From Selaginella moellendorffii (taxonomy: Eukaryota > Plantae > Lycopodiophyta), in assembly GCF_000143415.4 (NCBI RefSeq), contig NW_003314262.1, positions 2,363,046 through 2,427,045 of the forward strand: a stretch of DNA of 64,000 nucleotides. Reading direction: 5' to 3'. The notes beneath the pieces are model-generated. The model was not told the origin of the DNA, ran no database searches, and saw nothing but the letters and a program-made list of their open reading frames with translations. Position numbers and translations under genes: made by a program. This document shows, in pieces, positions 11,610 to 22,570 of the stretch (position 1 is the first letter of the stretch; each line of letters opens with the position of its first letter).

Positions 11610-13384
11610 TTTATCTCTCTCCCCTTAAGCCAACTGGAAAAGGGGCAATTGCTTGATGAGAGAGCCCTTAGTGGCTATTTTATCCCCATTTATCTCCCAA
11701 GGTTCCAAAGATCCACGGTGACAGTATATCCAAATCTCATCCCATGATCACATGCGCTACACTTTTCCATTATATAAATTAGTTATTTATTTTGAGGCAA
11801 CTAATTATCCACTTGTATTGTAGTCTTACAGTGGATACCTTCATCTATGGATGTCCTACAAAATGCCATAAGTTGTCATAAAGGTTAAGAATTGCATCAT
11901 CCCATGAAATATCAATAGTGATTATATGGAACTTTGATGCATAAATAGATACAAACTTGAAGCCTTAGCACAATTGCTACATTTTATTGATGGTAGTGTA
12001 CTCTTGATCAATATTGTTGAACATGCTGGTGAAAGTGTTGAACAAAGAGATCAAAATCCTGAAAAATATGACCACTCCTTTCAAAAAGGGTGAAAAACGA
12101 AGAAAGAGGTGTTTTAGATATTTGAGTAAGCCTACATAGGACAAAATGGAATATTAATAGGCTATATAGCAATTCAAAGCCTTACTTGGTTGAGGAAGAT
12201 ATAGCATATCATCAAACTTTGTTGGCATACTAATCTTTGGCTCTAAATTAGAAAGTTGGTGCTAAATAAATTTGCTAAAATTGTGAATGAAGTATTATAT
12301 TAAATTGCTCTATATAACTTCTGTAGAGTATCAAGACCTAATTGGAGCTAAAGAAAAGGATCTAAGAAAACTATTGATATTAGAGTGTTCAAATTGTCAA
12401 AAGCTCATCATAGAGAAAAAGAGAGACCTAGGAGTTTACAACTTTTAAAGAAGATCTAAGTTTGAATAAGTTTGATAAAGGTTGGTTGGCACATTGTTCT
12501 TGATTGGCAATTTAAATTTAAAGAATGAGGACTACTTTAAGAAACTTGGAGAGATGTCAATAAGGTACTAAACCCTATCTACATGAAATGCATAGCCCAC
12601 TCAAATATATGTTTGTTTATATTCATTATGTATGCTTTTGGATATGCTTTTGGTAAAATTTTACAATAAATAACTTTTCATTTCTATTGTAACAAAGATT
12701 TTATTTAATGAATACTTTTAGAATATCTAAGTATATTTTAGAGTATTCTTCTACTTTTGACAATTGTACACCAAAACAATCAATTCATCAAACCCATATC
12801 ATATCAATCTGTAATATAAACTTTATATATGTAAAACATTTATGTAATCCTGGTGTTATTGCTGAGTGTAGCATATTAATATAAGGTTTGAGTGTAACCT
12901 AAATATATATTTACTGTCCATTGTTACTACTGAATTGCAAATTAATGTGGAGTTCTATAACTCCCAACCAGAATCTAGGTCATAATATAATCTTGAGAAA
13001 CGTCTCTCCAAGTTTCCTGAAATAGTCCTCACTCAAATTTAACTTGCCAATCAAAGCAGGAACTCCGTAAACTTGTCTATGAAACTCCAGCGGCCTTGCG
13101 TAAGATCTTCCTCAGAAGTTGAATCTCCGTTTTTGGTTTTGAACTACACTAAAGATTTGTTTGATTGTTCCAAAGTGCCAACTCGGAGCCAGACGAAAGA
13201 GACTTGCGAGAAAGTAAGAAAAGAAAATGGATGCCGCTTAAATGTGCTCGACTCTATGTCTCCTTTCCATAGGCCGCAGCCGTCTAGTGGGCATCTCTTG
13301 CTTTGCTACTCTCACTCCCTTTCTTACGAAGAGTAAAAGGCAAAGCTCTCTTTACGAATTCCCCCAAAAGTGTGATTGGTTCCA

Positions 13385-15314
13385 ATGCAAGCTTTGAGGA
13401 TTCAGGACGCTCCAACTTGGGCCATTGCCGCTGTGTGCTCTGTCATTGTTCTTCTGGCCCTCGCCATCAAGAATGTGGTCCATTTTACTACCATGGTTTG
13501 TTCTAAAGCCGGTCTAAAGCTCTCTTGGAGGTAATAACACAATGCCATATAAATTCCATGATTTGTTTTCCAGTGGTTCAAGCAACGCAAATGGATCCAA
13601 GTAGATGCTGCATTGCAAGGATTGAAAGAAGGTAAATGGCATTGTCTATTGTCTAGTAAGTTTCTAACTTATATCAATCGATAGAGTTAATGCTGCTTGG
13701 CTCCATCTCGCTTCTTCTCGGAGCTTTCCAATTGCTGGGGGAACTCTTTTGTGTCTCATCGACTCTTGGGGTCAGTGCGCGCATCACTCCATGCCGTGAA
13801 AGCTATAGAAGACACAGCCGTTCGAAGAACACTTGCGAAAGAAATGTTCGTATATACATAAAGTCCCATTTGGTTACTTTGGTTTTTCTACTTTTGGTGC
13901 TGTCTTTTCGCAGGGCAAAGTTACACTGATCGAGAGCGAAGATATCCATTACCTTCACATTTTGATATTCCTTTTGGGAGCTCTTCATCTCTTGTGCTGT
14001 TGCTTGACCCTGCTACTAAGTAGAGCAAAGGTACAAACGTTTATTTTTGTTCTTCCAAGTATGTCTATCAGATGTGGTCATGGTGGAAGTGGGAGAAAGA
14101 ATTTAGCAAATGCAGTGATGACACAAGTGAGACATCACCTCCAGCTTCCCTAAGCCACCTGTGTTTCTCAACCATGACTGCTGTCACTGTGGGTTTCTGT
14201 TCAGAACTTTATCAAAGAATTCTCATTTGTCCCAAGCTTACAGGTTTGTTGCTTCCGGCAACTTGGAATCTCTGTGACTAAGTCAGACTACCAAGCCATC
14301 CGTCAAGCTTTCATCCGAGTATTGCAAAGCTTCAAATATAACACTCTCCAGAAGATCTAACGCGTTTTTAACTTTTAGAAACATGGATTGATCCCGCAGT
14401 TCAATTTTCACAAGTACTTATGCATGGTACTGGGTGATGACTTTCGAACGGTCATTGGAATCAGGTTCTTAGAAATCGCTGGGTTTGATTTTGGTTCTCA
14501 CTCTCGTAATCGATGGCAGTGCCTATTTTTGGATTTGTGTAATCTTGTTTCTCCTTCTAAACATCAATGGTAAGCCCCATTTGCATGTTGCAATACAATT
14601 TTCTCATAGTATTTGTTCAGGGTGGCACACGTTCGTGTGGATGGCATTCATACCATTGGGAGTTAAGCATGACTTCTATACTAATTTGCTAGCTAATTCG
14701 TTGAAATGCAGCTTCTTTTGATCATGGGCACTAAACTCCAGCTTGAATTACGTAATGCCAAGTTCGACGAGGAAATGCAACCGAAGTCCCAGTCCTTCCT
14801 TTACGTCTTTCATTTCATTATCTTCCAGGTATTTTGGAATAAAATGAAAAAAAGTGAGCAAAAACTGTGGACATGCAGAACTCGTTTGGCTTGACTTTAT
14901 TTTTCTGGATCTGGGTAATGTCGTCGTCACCTATGCTTTTTTGATATTTTCATTTGTGTTATAGCTAGAGTTTGGGATCGATTCATGTCTTTTAGGTAAC
15001 AAAATAGCGGTGATAGTTCATGTTGTTATCGGGTAAAGTAATTTATCTTCTTTAAATATTTAACTTGCTCAGTTTTCAGGATCTTTGTCCAAGTTCTTTG
15101 CAGCTATAACACACTACCACTCTACACGCTTGTCTCGCAGCTGGTTAGGACAGTACTCATTTTCCAAATAAACGATTTTGAAAACCATTTTTTCCTTACA
15201 TTACAGATGATGTGTGACGATCGCAGCAAGGACTTACTCTCGCGGATGTGTAACTCAAATCGTTTGACGCGCAAGAAGCTGCAAATCCATCACTCGATGC
15301 GGCACAGTTTTTGA
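13385..15314 (+). CDS. MLO: MLO family membrane protein, multi-exon and divergent (3' end approximate; may be degenerate)
   Basis: Exons read DAPTWAIAAVC, ELMLLGSISLLL, IHYLHILIFLLG, WWKWEKE, FNFHKY...DDFRTVIGIS, LLLIMGTKLQ, FHFIIFQ and VQVLCSYNTLPLYTLVSQ, all MLO hallmarks. Confidence 0.85.
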
Positions 15315-15437
15315 AAACAATCGTATGAATGTGGTGAATGATATTCCCGGAAGTAGAATATGCTCTATGTTACTGCAAATGCATCATTGGGACAAGTACG
15401 TATCACTCCCAAACTCTACCAGGTATATTCGCTGAGA

Positions 15438-16635
15438 ATGACAGACCTAAAGAAGAGCTTGTTGGCTATGGCGGAACACGAGGATGGTAAGTAGCTCCTC
15501 TAACTCTTTCCATAGCATGCTAAACACCAAGCCTAGCTTTACTTGGATTTGCATCCATCTAGGTCGCAGCAGCCGCGCAGCAGTGCAATCAAAATTCTCC
15601 GCGCTATGGGCCGTCTACTCGAGAATGTCCGCGAGCTTCTGGATCCTACTCGTGCTAAGCACGCTCACAATGCTCGTGGCTTTTCCGGTGTCGAGCATCC
15701 TCTTCCGGCTCTACTACGTCAATGGCGGCTCCCATCGCTGGCTCCTTACATGGGTGGGATCAGCCGGGTGGCCTCTCCCGGCTATCATCCTCTTGCTCGT
15801 CTATCCAGTCCGCGGCATCGCCCCAACACGCCCGACCTGGACGCTCCTCCTCGCCTACGCGGTCATTGGCTTCCTCAGCGCCGCCGATAACTTCATGTTC
15901 GCCTGGAGCTACGCCTACTTGCCGGCATCCACGTCCACGCTGCTGGCCTCCAGCTCGCTCGCCTTCACCGCCATCTTTGCGTGGCTGCTCGTCCACAAGA
16001 AGCTCAATGCGTCCAGCGTCAACTCCATCGCGATCATGACGGCCGGGGCCGTCATCCTCGGCCTCGACTCGAGCTCCGACAGGCCGCCGGGGACGACGAG
16101 CCGGCAGTACCTCATCGGCTTCGTGCTCGACGTTGCTGGATCAGCGCTCCACGGCCTCATTTTTGTTCTCTCGGAGCTCGTCTTTGTCAAGCTCCTGGAC
16201 AGGAGGGTTGGGTCCGCTGTGCACTTGGTGCTCGAGCTCCAGGTGGTCACCTCGATATTTGCGTGCCTGTTCACGGTGGTGGGAGTGATCGCCAGTGGTG
16301 ACTTTGGAGACATGGGTGGCGAGTCCCAGGCGTTCAAGCATGGCCCCGTGGCTTACTATATGGTGCTCGTTTGGGCTTCGGTGAGTAATCAGCTGGGGGT
16401 TCTTGCCGGGGTGGCAGTGCTCTACTTGACGTCGGCTTTGTTTGCTGGAGTTCTGAATGCGGCTAGAGTTCCATTGACAGCGGTGGCGGCAGTGCTGTGT
16501 TTTGGGGACAACATGAGCGGCTTTAAGGTAATGTCAATCCTTCTTACGATTTGGAGCTTTGGATCCTACGTGTATGGAGGGTTTGTGGAAGAAGCAGCAC
16601 AGCAACACAAGCAAAATGAAAATGACTCACTATGA
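15438..16635 (+). CDS. PUP: Purine permease (PUP family, PUP5-like); intron 15487-15562
   Basis: LFRLYYVNGGSHRWLLTWVGSAGWP, DNFMFAWSYAYLPASTSTLL and about 10 TM segments. A GTAAGT...CTAG intron joins MTDLKK...EDG to RSSRAA. Confidence 0.9.
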
Positions 16636-16998
16636 TTTATAATATAATGATTAGGACATTAGTTCCTATCTCCGCTGCTGGCTCGCCACTAATTTATTCT
16701 CTTCACGTTTTATAGCTTCTCTTTCAAGTATAATTCATTCTGTCCCCCCTCCCACCAACAAGGAGCATGAGACTCAAAGGTTCAAATAGGTGTCTAGCGG
16801 CTGAAATCCTCTTCGCCTTCTCCTCTGTCTGCCCCCCATAAGAATATTGGTTTCAAATAAGTTGTGACACTTTCTCCAAAATTATGATTTAACTTAACAA
16901 TTGGTTAGAAAAGGAAAAACTTATTGCAAGAAAATTTAAAAGAATATTCTGTGAAAAACTTTATAGGTAGTTATTAAGATAGTAAGAATGTTATTTTC

Positions 16999-17238
16999 AA
17001 TTACTGTACAGAAAATACATGATACACTGGTACAAAAACATGAGTAAATTGATCAAAACTTTTAAAATTTATTCATGACCAACTACTTTTGCGCAAAAAA
17101 TAAAATTTTACAATTAAAAATAGTTTTGATCCTCGAAAAAATAAAATAGAAAAGTATTAGAATATTTTCATTTTAATGTAATTTTTTTTTTATCACTTTG
17201 ATGTACCACTGTATTATGTATTTTCCATACATCCAATT
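16999..17238. repeat. MITE-like fold-back element
   Basis: Imperfect terminal inverted repeats of about 30 bp (gtacagaaaatacatgatacactggtac / gtaccactgtattatgtattttccatac) around an AT-rich core. Confidence 0.5.
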
Positions 17239-17489
17239 TTTTATATTTTAAAATAAATATAGAGTAAGCTTATTTAATACCAAGTTTCATTTAGAAACTA
17301 TAAATTAATTTTCTATCTACATATATAAAAGTTTCATTTAAATTTACCTTGCTTGACGAGTGAAAATTATTTATAAGGTGCTTCTACTCCAGAAACACCC
17401 ATCTCATCATCCTGAAAAATATAAATATAAAAAGACTTTTGAGCTTTCATCAAATATAACTTTTAATATCTATGAAAAATTTAATTGTG

Positions 17490-18984
17490 AGTGCATGAAA
17501 TATGGAAATGGAATATAGAAATGTGGAATATCAATTAGTTAAAAAACCCTAGATTATATATAAGAGCGAGTGCTCCGGCATAAATTTGTGGTCTAACTTG
17601 TTGCAATACTTGATATGGTTGCTTCCGCTAAGCAAGGATCCCCTTAGATAAACCATATACCATAAGATTGGGAAAACAGATTAACACCAAGTCATCCACT
17701 TTATACTTTGCAAGTGGACAAAAATGGGAGTTTTAGTGCCATTGTTGTCCCACTTGTATGTAGCTCAGATGTTTAACAAACTCTACTCAGACTAGTGGAG
17801 GAATACTCATTAAATACTGACCTAGCATCGGCAACTTGTGGCAATCATGAAAGTAAACTCAACTCATTAGTAGTATCGGATCATAACCATATAGGAGTTT
17901 ATATGGTGAAGTAATAATAGAAATCTATGCCCTTATAATATACACATATCAAAAAGATGGCAAATAACCATTCTCATTTGAATGCTAAAAATTCATGTAC
18001 TTTTTAATCATGCCTTTGAAAGTCTGAATAAGCCATTCCATCAAATCATTTGACTGTGGATGATAAGCACTTGTGAAAGTGTGGCATATCCCTAATTGAG
18101 ACGTTAAAACATAAAATGTTTTAGCCATAAATGCGGGACTATTATCTAAAAGAATTCACTTCGGATAGAAATGCTGGAACACCATTCGATAGAGGAAGAA
18201 GTATCCAACAACAATTGAAGACACACTAATAAGAGCACTGACTTCCACCAAATGAGTCAAATAGTTAAAAGTAATAATGACATATTTATTGCCAATAGTC
18301 AACTGTGAAAAATACTCCATTAGATCAAACACCACCAACTTAAGCAAATGGGAAATTGCAATTGACTCCAACTGTCTTTTTGCAATATGAGGGGGAATAT
18401 TATAAGCTTGGCACCAAATACAACACGTATATATTAGATAACATCATGTCGCATCTCCGATTAATAGAAAAACCTCCACAACTTTTTAGTCACACAATGA
18501 TGTCCCATATACCAGCCTAAAATAGAAGAATCATGGTACACATGGAGAAAGCGTGGAATAAATATAGAAAGTACCACTATAAATTCTCATCAGGATTAGT
18601 CCTTACAAAATAAACAAGATCGTCCTCAAGACGATATTAAGAATGTAAAAGCTAAAATTGTAAATCATTAGCAAGTGATGCAAGATTCTCAAACCCATCA
18701 CAAAGCCTTTAAATTGACAGCTCAACCTTTTGAACATCATGAACCTCATAAAAAAAAGGTAAATCTTGCTTTGCACTTTATGGACATTGAATATTAAGTA
18801 CAACAACTGTTGATAGTATGAAATCTTTGTCCAAAAAATCCACAGATGCTGAAACAACAACCTTGTTAAAAACATAATAAAAAATTGAAAAAGAAAGAAG
18901 AACTCAAAAAAGGGCATTAACATTAGCCATAGAACTCCTCAGGCAATGAACAACATCAAAATCATATATTTGAAACTTCAAAAC
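17490..18984 (-). mobile_element. Old degenerate Ty3/gypsy element, 3' part (RNase H end, integrase, LTR remnant)
   Basis: Minus strand reads VLKFQIYDFDVVH...NVNAL and TSAYHPQSN. 17495-17555 resembles 31033-31090 (LTR remnants). Confidence 0.7.
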
Positions 18985-21097
18985 TGTAGCGCACTTGAAT
19001 TTGGAGCTGGACTCCAAGCCCGTTGCGCTACAAAACGAGGGTCCAATACAATCCCATGAGCACCAGCTCCTCGTATCCAGCACTTACATGCAAAATGGTG
19101 TCAGATAAAGTCTGGCACAATTTTGGTATACTAGTAGCCTAACGCGAGGAGGAGGGTACCCCACCGACTAGAGTAGCGTGGAGCTTGGGCTTAGACCCAA
19201 GTTAGATGCAAAACAAGGAGTGACACAGCCCAATAGGAGCCAAACTAATGTCTCAGGTGGTCGAACATGCAATCCAACCACTATCCCTATTATACATTTG
19301 GAACCCCCCATAACCCCCCCACACACGCTTTGGGCTTTCACCCCAAGCCTCCCTTAGTACCAAGAGTTAGTATCTGGGACAAACTCAAAACTTACTAAAT
19401 ATGGAATATCTTTAGATTGCGAATTTGGATACGGGATGAACACCATTGTGTTCAGGCTGATCTCTACATTCTGTAAATATGCCAAATGAGTGAATCTAGA
19501 CAAACAGCATTTGGGACCAAAATGAGACTAACACAAAGGGCATGATAGCGAAGGTGTTTGGCAGACACAGTAAGCTATCATCCAACGATATTAAGGGACT
19601 AGTCTTAATATGCAAGGGTTCTTGTCACTAGCCAGTGCAAGACATAATGAGATAGGAACTCCTTACCAGACTAAGTATGCTTAGTTAATAGCACGTAGGA
19701 ATTCCATCCTTATGCTCGTCCAGTCCAAGTATACTTGAAATGCCTAGTTAACTCCACTAGCATAAAAGGGGCTACCAAAGGGATCCAACTGTACCGACCT
19801 CTTGTCGTCATGGTAGTAAAGAAAGAGTGTCCGTAAGGAAAGGACTGGCCGACAAATATCTTTCGATACCTGAAGTCATATTTGCGACACTCTCCCTCCC
19901 TTAGGGAAGATCAATGTCCTCATCGATGCATATCCAAGTCTAGCAAACCATCAAGGAATCAACTTCGAAAGTTAACAAAAAGAACACTATGTGGGAAACA
20001 CACCGACTTAAATGAGTTATGGAATGACCTCTCATCAACATCCAAAGATATTAAAACTCAGACACCCTCTGGCTGTCACTAACAAGGAAATGATTAACGG
20101 AGTTAGCCACTCTTGCTACTTTGAGTACCACTTGGCTTACAAGGGAATGATACATCATTGCCCGCAGGGACATAAGGAGAAGGCAAGAAGCCCAACTTCC
20201 CCTAAGCAAGAAATCAACCCCATCAATTATTATAAATTAGACAATTATTATAAATTGGCAGATTAAATTGTTTACATGACCACGCCCCTTTTTAAAATGA
20301 GTCATCGAGAGAGAGGCGGGGAGTTGTGATCAGTCTATAATAGTTATCCCCATGGTTATGGATTGAACCCATGCACCGAAGTGCAGAAGTCAACCTGCCA
20401 AAACTGACCCAAGTACTAACGAATGAGAGAAATGACACTTGATTTATAAAAATATATTACTTTATTGATTTGCAAGATTTATTATAAAGTTTATAAAAGC
20501 TAGTCTTTATTACTATTCTCATACTCCATGACAAACTCACGAGTATGTGTAAGATTCTTAAGAGGTTCCAAGTTGATTCACAAGTCAGGTAACCTTTCCA
20601 CTTAACTAGATATTCCTTCACATGAGCCCATCTCCGAAACTGCGAATCCAAGATAGTTTCAACTTCATATTCTGGTTTACTGTCCACAACGTGCAACATC
20701 CATAGTGTAAGGAGCCAATAGGTTGGCATGAAATACATTATGAACATTGGACATCTCCGTAGGTAGATCCAACTGATAGTATACATCACCAATGCGTTTT
20801 AACACCCGATAGGGTCCAACATATCTCGGCAAGAGCTTCCAAGACAAAGAACCCTTAATATTCAAATTTCGGGAAGATAGCCACACCTGATCTCCCACTT
20901 GATAGGATACATTCAGACAATGCGGATCCTTATTATGTCGATATCTATCTTGAGCTTTGCCCATTGCCTCAGTAGCTCTAGACCAACCTTGGCGTAGCTG
21001 CTCTGCATAAGTCTCAATGGCTGGGACCAACACTTTGGACATTAGTTTTGGTACAACAATCTGTTGAGGCACTCCGGGAACATTCCTTTGCAGCATC
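18985..21097 (-). mobile_element. Chromovirus family 2, 5'-truncated copy (integrase end, chromodomain, 3' UTR, PPT, 3' LTR 18985-19889)
   Basis: KLLPRYVGPY...HNVFHANLL, YEVETILD...YLVKWKGY. PPT AGGGAGGGAGAG. The LTR is the reverse complement of 21103-22379. Confidence 0.9.
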
Positions 21098-21442
21098 TGA
21101 AATGTTGCGAATGTGACTTTGGGTATCGAAAGATACTTGTCAGCTAGTCCTTACGGACACTCTTTCCTTACTACCATGATGGCAGGAGGTCGGTACAGTT
21201 GGATCCCTTTGGTAGCCCCTCTTGTGCTAGTGGAGTTAACTGAGCATTTTAAGTGTATTTAGACCGGACGAGCATAAGGATGGAATTCCTACGTGCTATT
21301 AGCTAAGCATACTTAACCTAGTAAGAAGTTCCTATTTTGTTATGTCTTGCACTGGCTAGTGACAAGAACCCTCACGTATTGAGACTAGTCCCTCAACATT
21401 GCTAGATGATAGGTTACCGTGTCTGCCAAACACCTTCGTTAT

Positions 21443-21633
21443 TGTAAGCAACCAAAGGGAACGACTTGAGAGACGATCCATGGGGTTTAAATATAAAGGG
21501 AAAGGGCCTATAAATAAGAGTGCACCCCCTTTTCCAATTGGTTAAGGGTCTTAGAATAGTTAGAGTTAAGCGTCCTTGGGTTTGAGTAATATTGGGCTGG
21601 GTGACCTAGGAAGTCCAAACTTAGGAGCTTACA
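21443..21633 (+). mobile_element. Cassandra-type TRIM solo LTR with a 5S rRNA domain (21564-21617)
   Basis: TGTAAGC...GCTTACA; TSD GTTAT. AGTTAAGCGTCCTTGGGTTTGAGTAATATTGGGCTGGGTGACC matches the A-box/IE/C-box region of plant 5S rRNA. Confidence 0.9.
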
Positions 21634-21820
21634 GTTATCATGCCCTTTGTGTTAGTTTCATTTCGGTCCAAACTCAGGAGCTTACAGTTATCATGCCCTT
21701 TGTGTTAGTTTCATTTCGGTCCAAACTCAGGAGCTTACAGTTATCATGGTGACCTCCCGGGAAGTCCAAACTCAGGAGCTTACAGTTATCATGCCCTTTG
21801 TGTTAGTTTCATTTCGGTCT
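21614..21820 (+). repeat. Tandem reiterations (about 50 bp) of the Cassandra LTR end plus host-LTR flank
   Basis: Four copies of ggagcttacagttatcatg; one retains ggtgacctcccgggaagtcc. Confidence 0.85.
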
Positions 21821-22570
21821 TAAATGTTTATGGAAAGTGTCTAGATTCACTCATTTGGCATATCTACATAACGTAGAGATCGGCTTGAACACAATGATGT
21901 TTGTCCCGTGTCCAAATTCGCAATCTAAAGACATTCCATATTTAGTAAATTTCGAGCTTGTCCCAGATACCAACTCTTGGTACTAAGGGAGGCTTGGGGT
22001 GAAAGCCCAAAGCGTGTGTTTCTCAAGGGGTGGTGGGGGGGGGGGGGTGGCTATGGGGGGTTCCAAATGTATAGTAGGGATAGTGGTTGGATTGCATATT
22101 CGACCATCTGAGACATTAGTTTGCCTCCTATTGGGCTATATCGCTCCTTTTTTTGCTTTCGGCTTGGGTCTAAACTCAAGCTCCACGCTACTTTAGTCGG
22201 TAGGGTACCCTCCTCCTCGCGTTAGGCCACCGGTATGCCAAAATTGTGCCAGACTTTGTTTGACACCATTTTGCGTGTAGGTGCTGGATATGGGGAGCTG
22301 GTGCTTATGGGATTGTGCCGGACCCTCATTTCATAGCGCAACGGGCTTGGAGTCTGGCTCCAAATTCAAGTGTGCTACATTTGGTATCAGAGCAATTGTC
22401 CTAGCAATTTCTATTCAACTTTTGTTAGATTTTCTGACTCAAGTTACATACGTAGAGACTTTTCTAGTAGATCCAAAGTGATCTGTGTAGGATTAGTTGG
22501 ATTGCACCATTCGGTAACAATGTTGTATGCATGTTTGGTTACTGATAGAGGCATGCATGCAGTTAGTGGG

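Larger units (their letters stand above)
1952..11761 (-). mobile_element. TRIM-1: complete non-autonomous miniature LTR retrotransposon, 162-bp LTRs, about 350-bp internal region, interrupted by chromovirus family 1
   Basis: One LTR at 1952-2113 (TG...CA). The other is 2465-2479 plus 11615-11761, also 162 bp. TSD CTTTT at 1947-1951 and 11762-11766. PBS TGGTATAGGAGC (minus, 2451-2462). PPT GAAGGGGGGGTGAG (minus, 2114-2127). No coding capacity. Confidence 0.92.
1651..11862 (-). mobile_element. Old degenerate copy of TRIM-1 (1651-1951 plus 11762-11862), split by the younger TRIM-1 insertion
   Basis: 1651-1930 aligns to the TRIM-1 LTR, PPT and internal region with many C>T/G>A changes (tatagcatac vs tgtagcacac). 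11767-11862 continues the internal region (gaggcaact...gtggataccttc). Confidence 0.75.

Noticed and set aside
21564-21617. 5S rRNA gene
   Set aside because: Only the internal promoter part is present, inside TG...CA LTRs with TSDs.
21614-21820. CRISPR-like array
   Set aside because: The spacers are copies of the same flank, the context is eukaryotic, and no cas genes are present.
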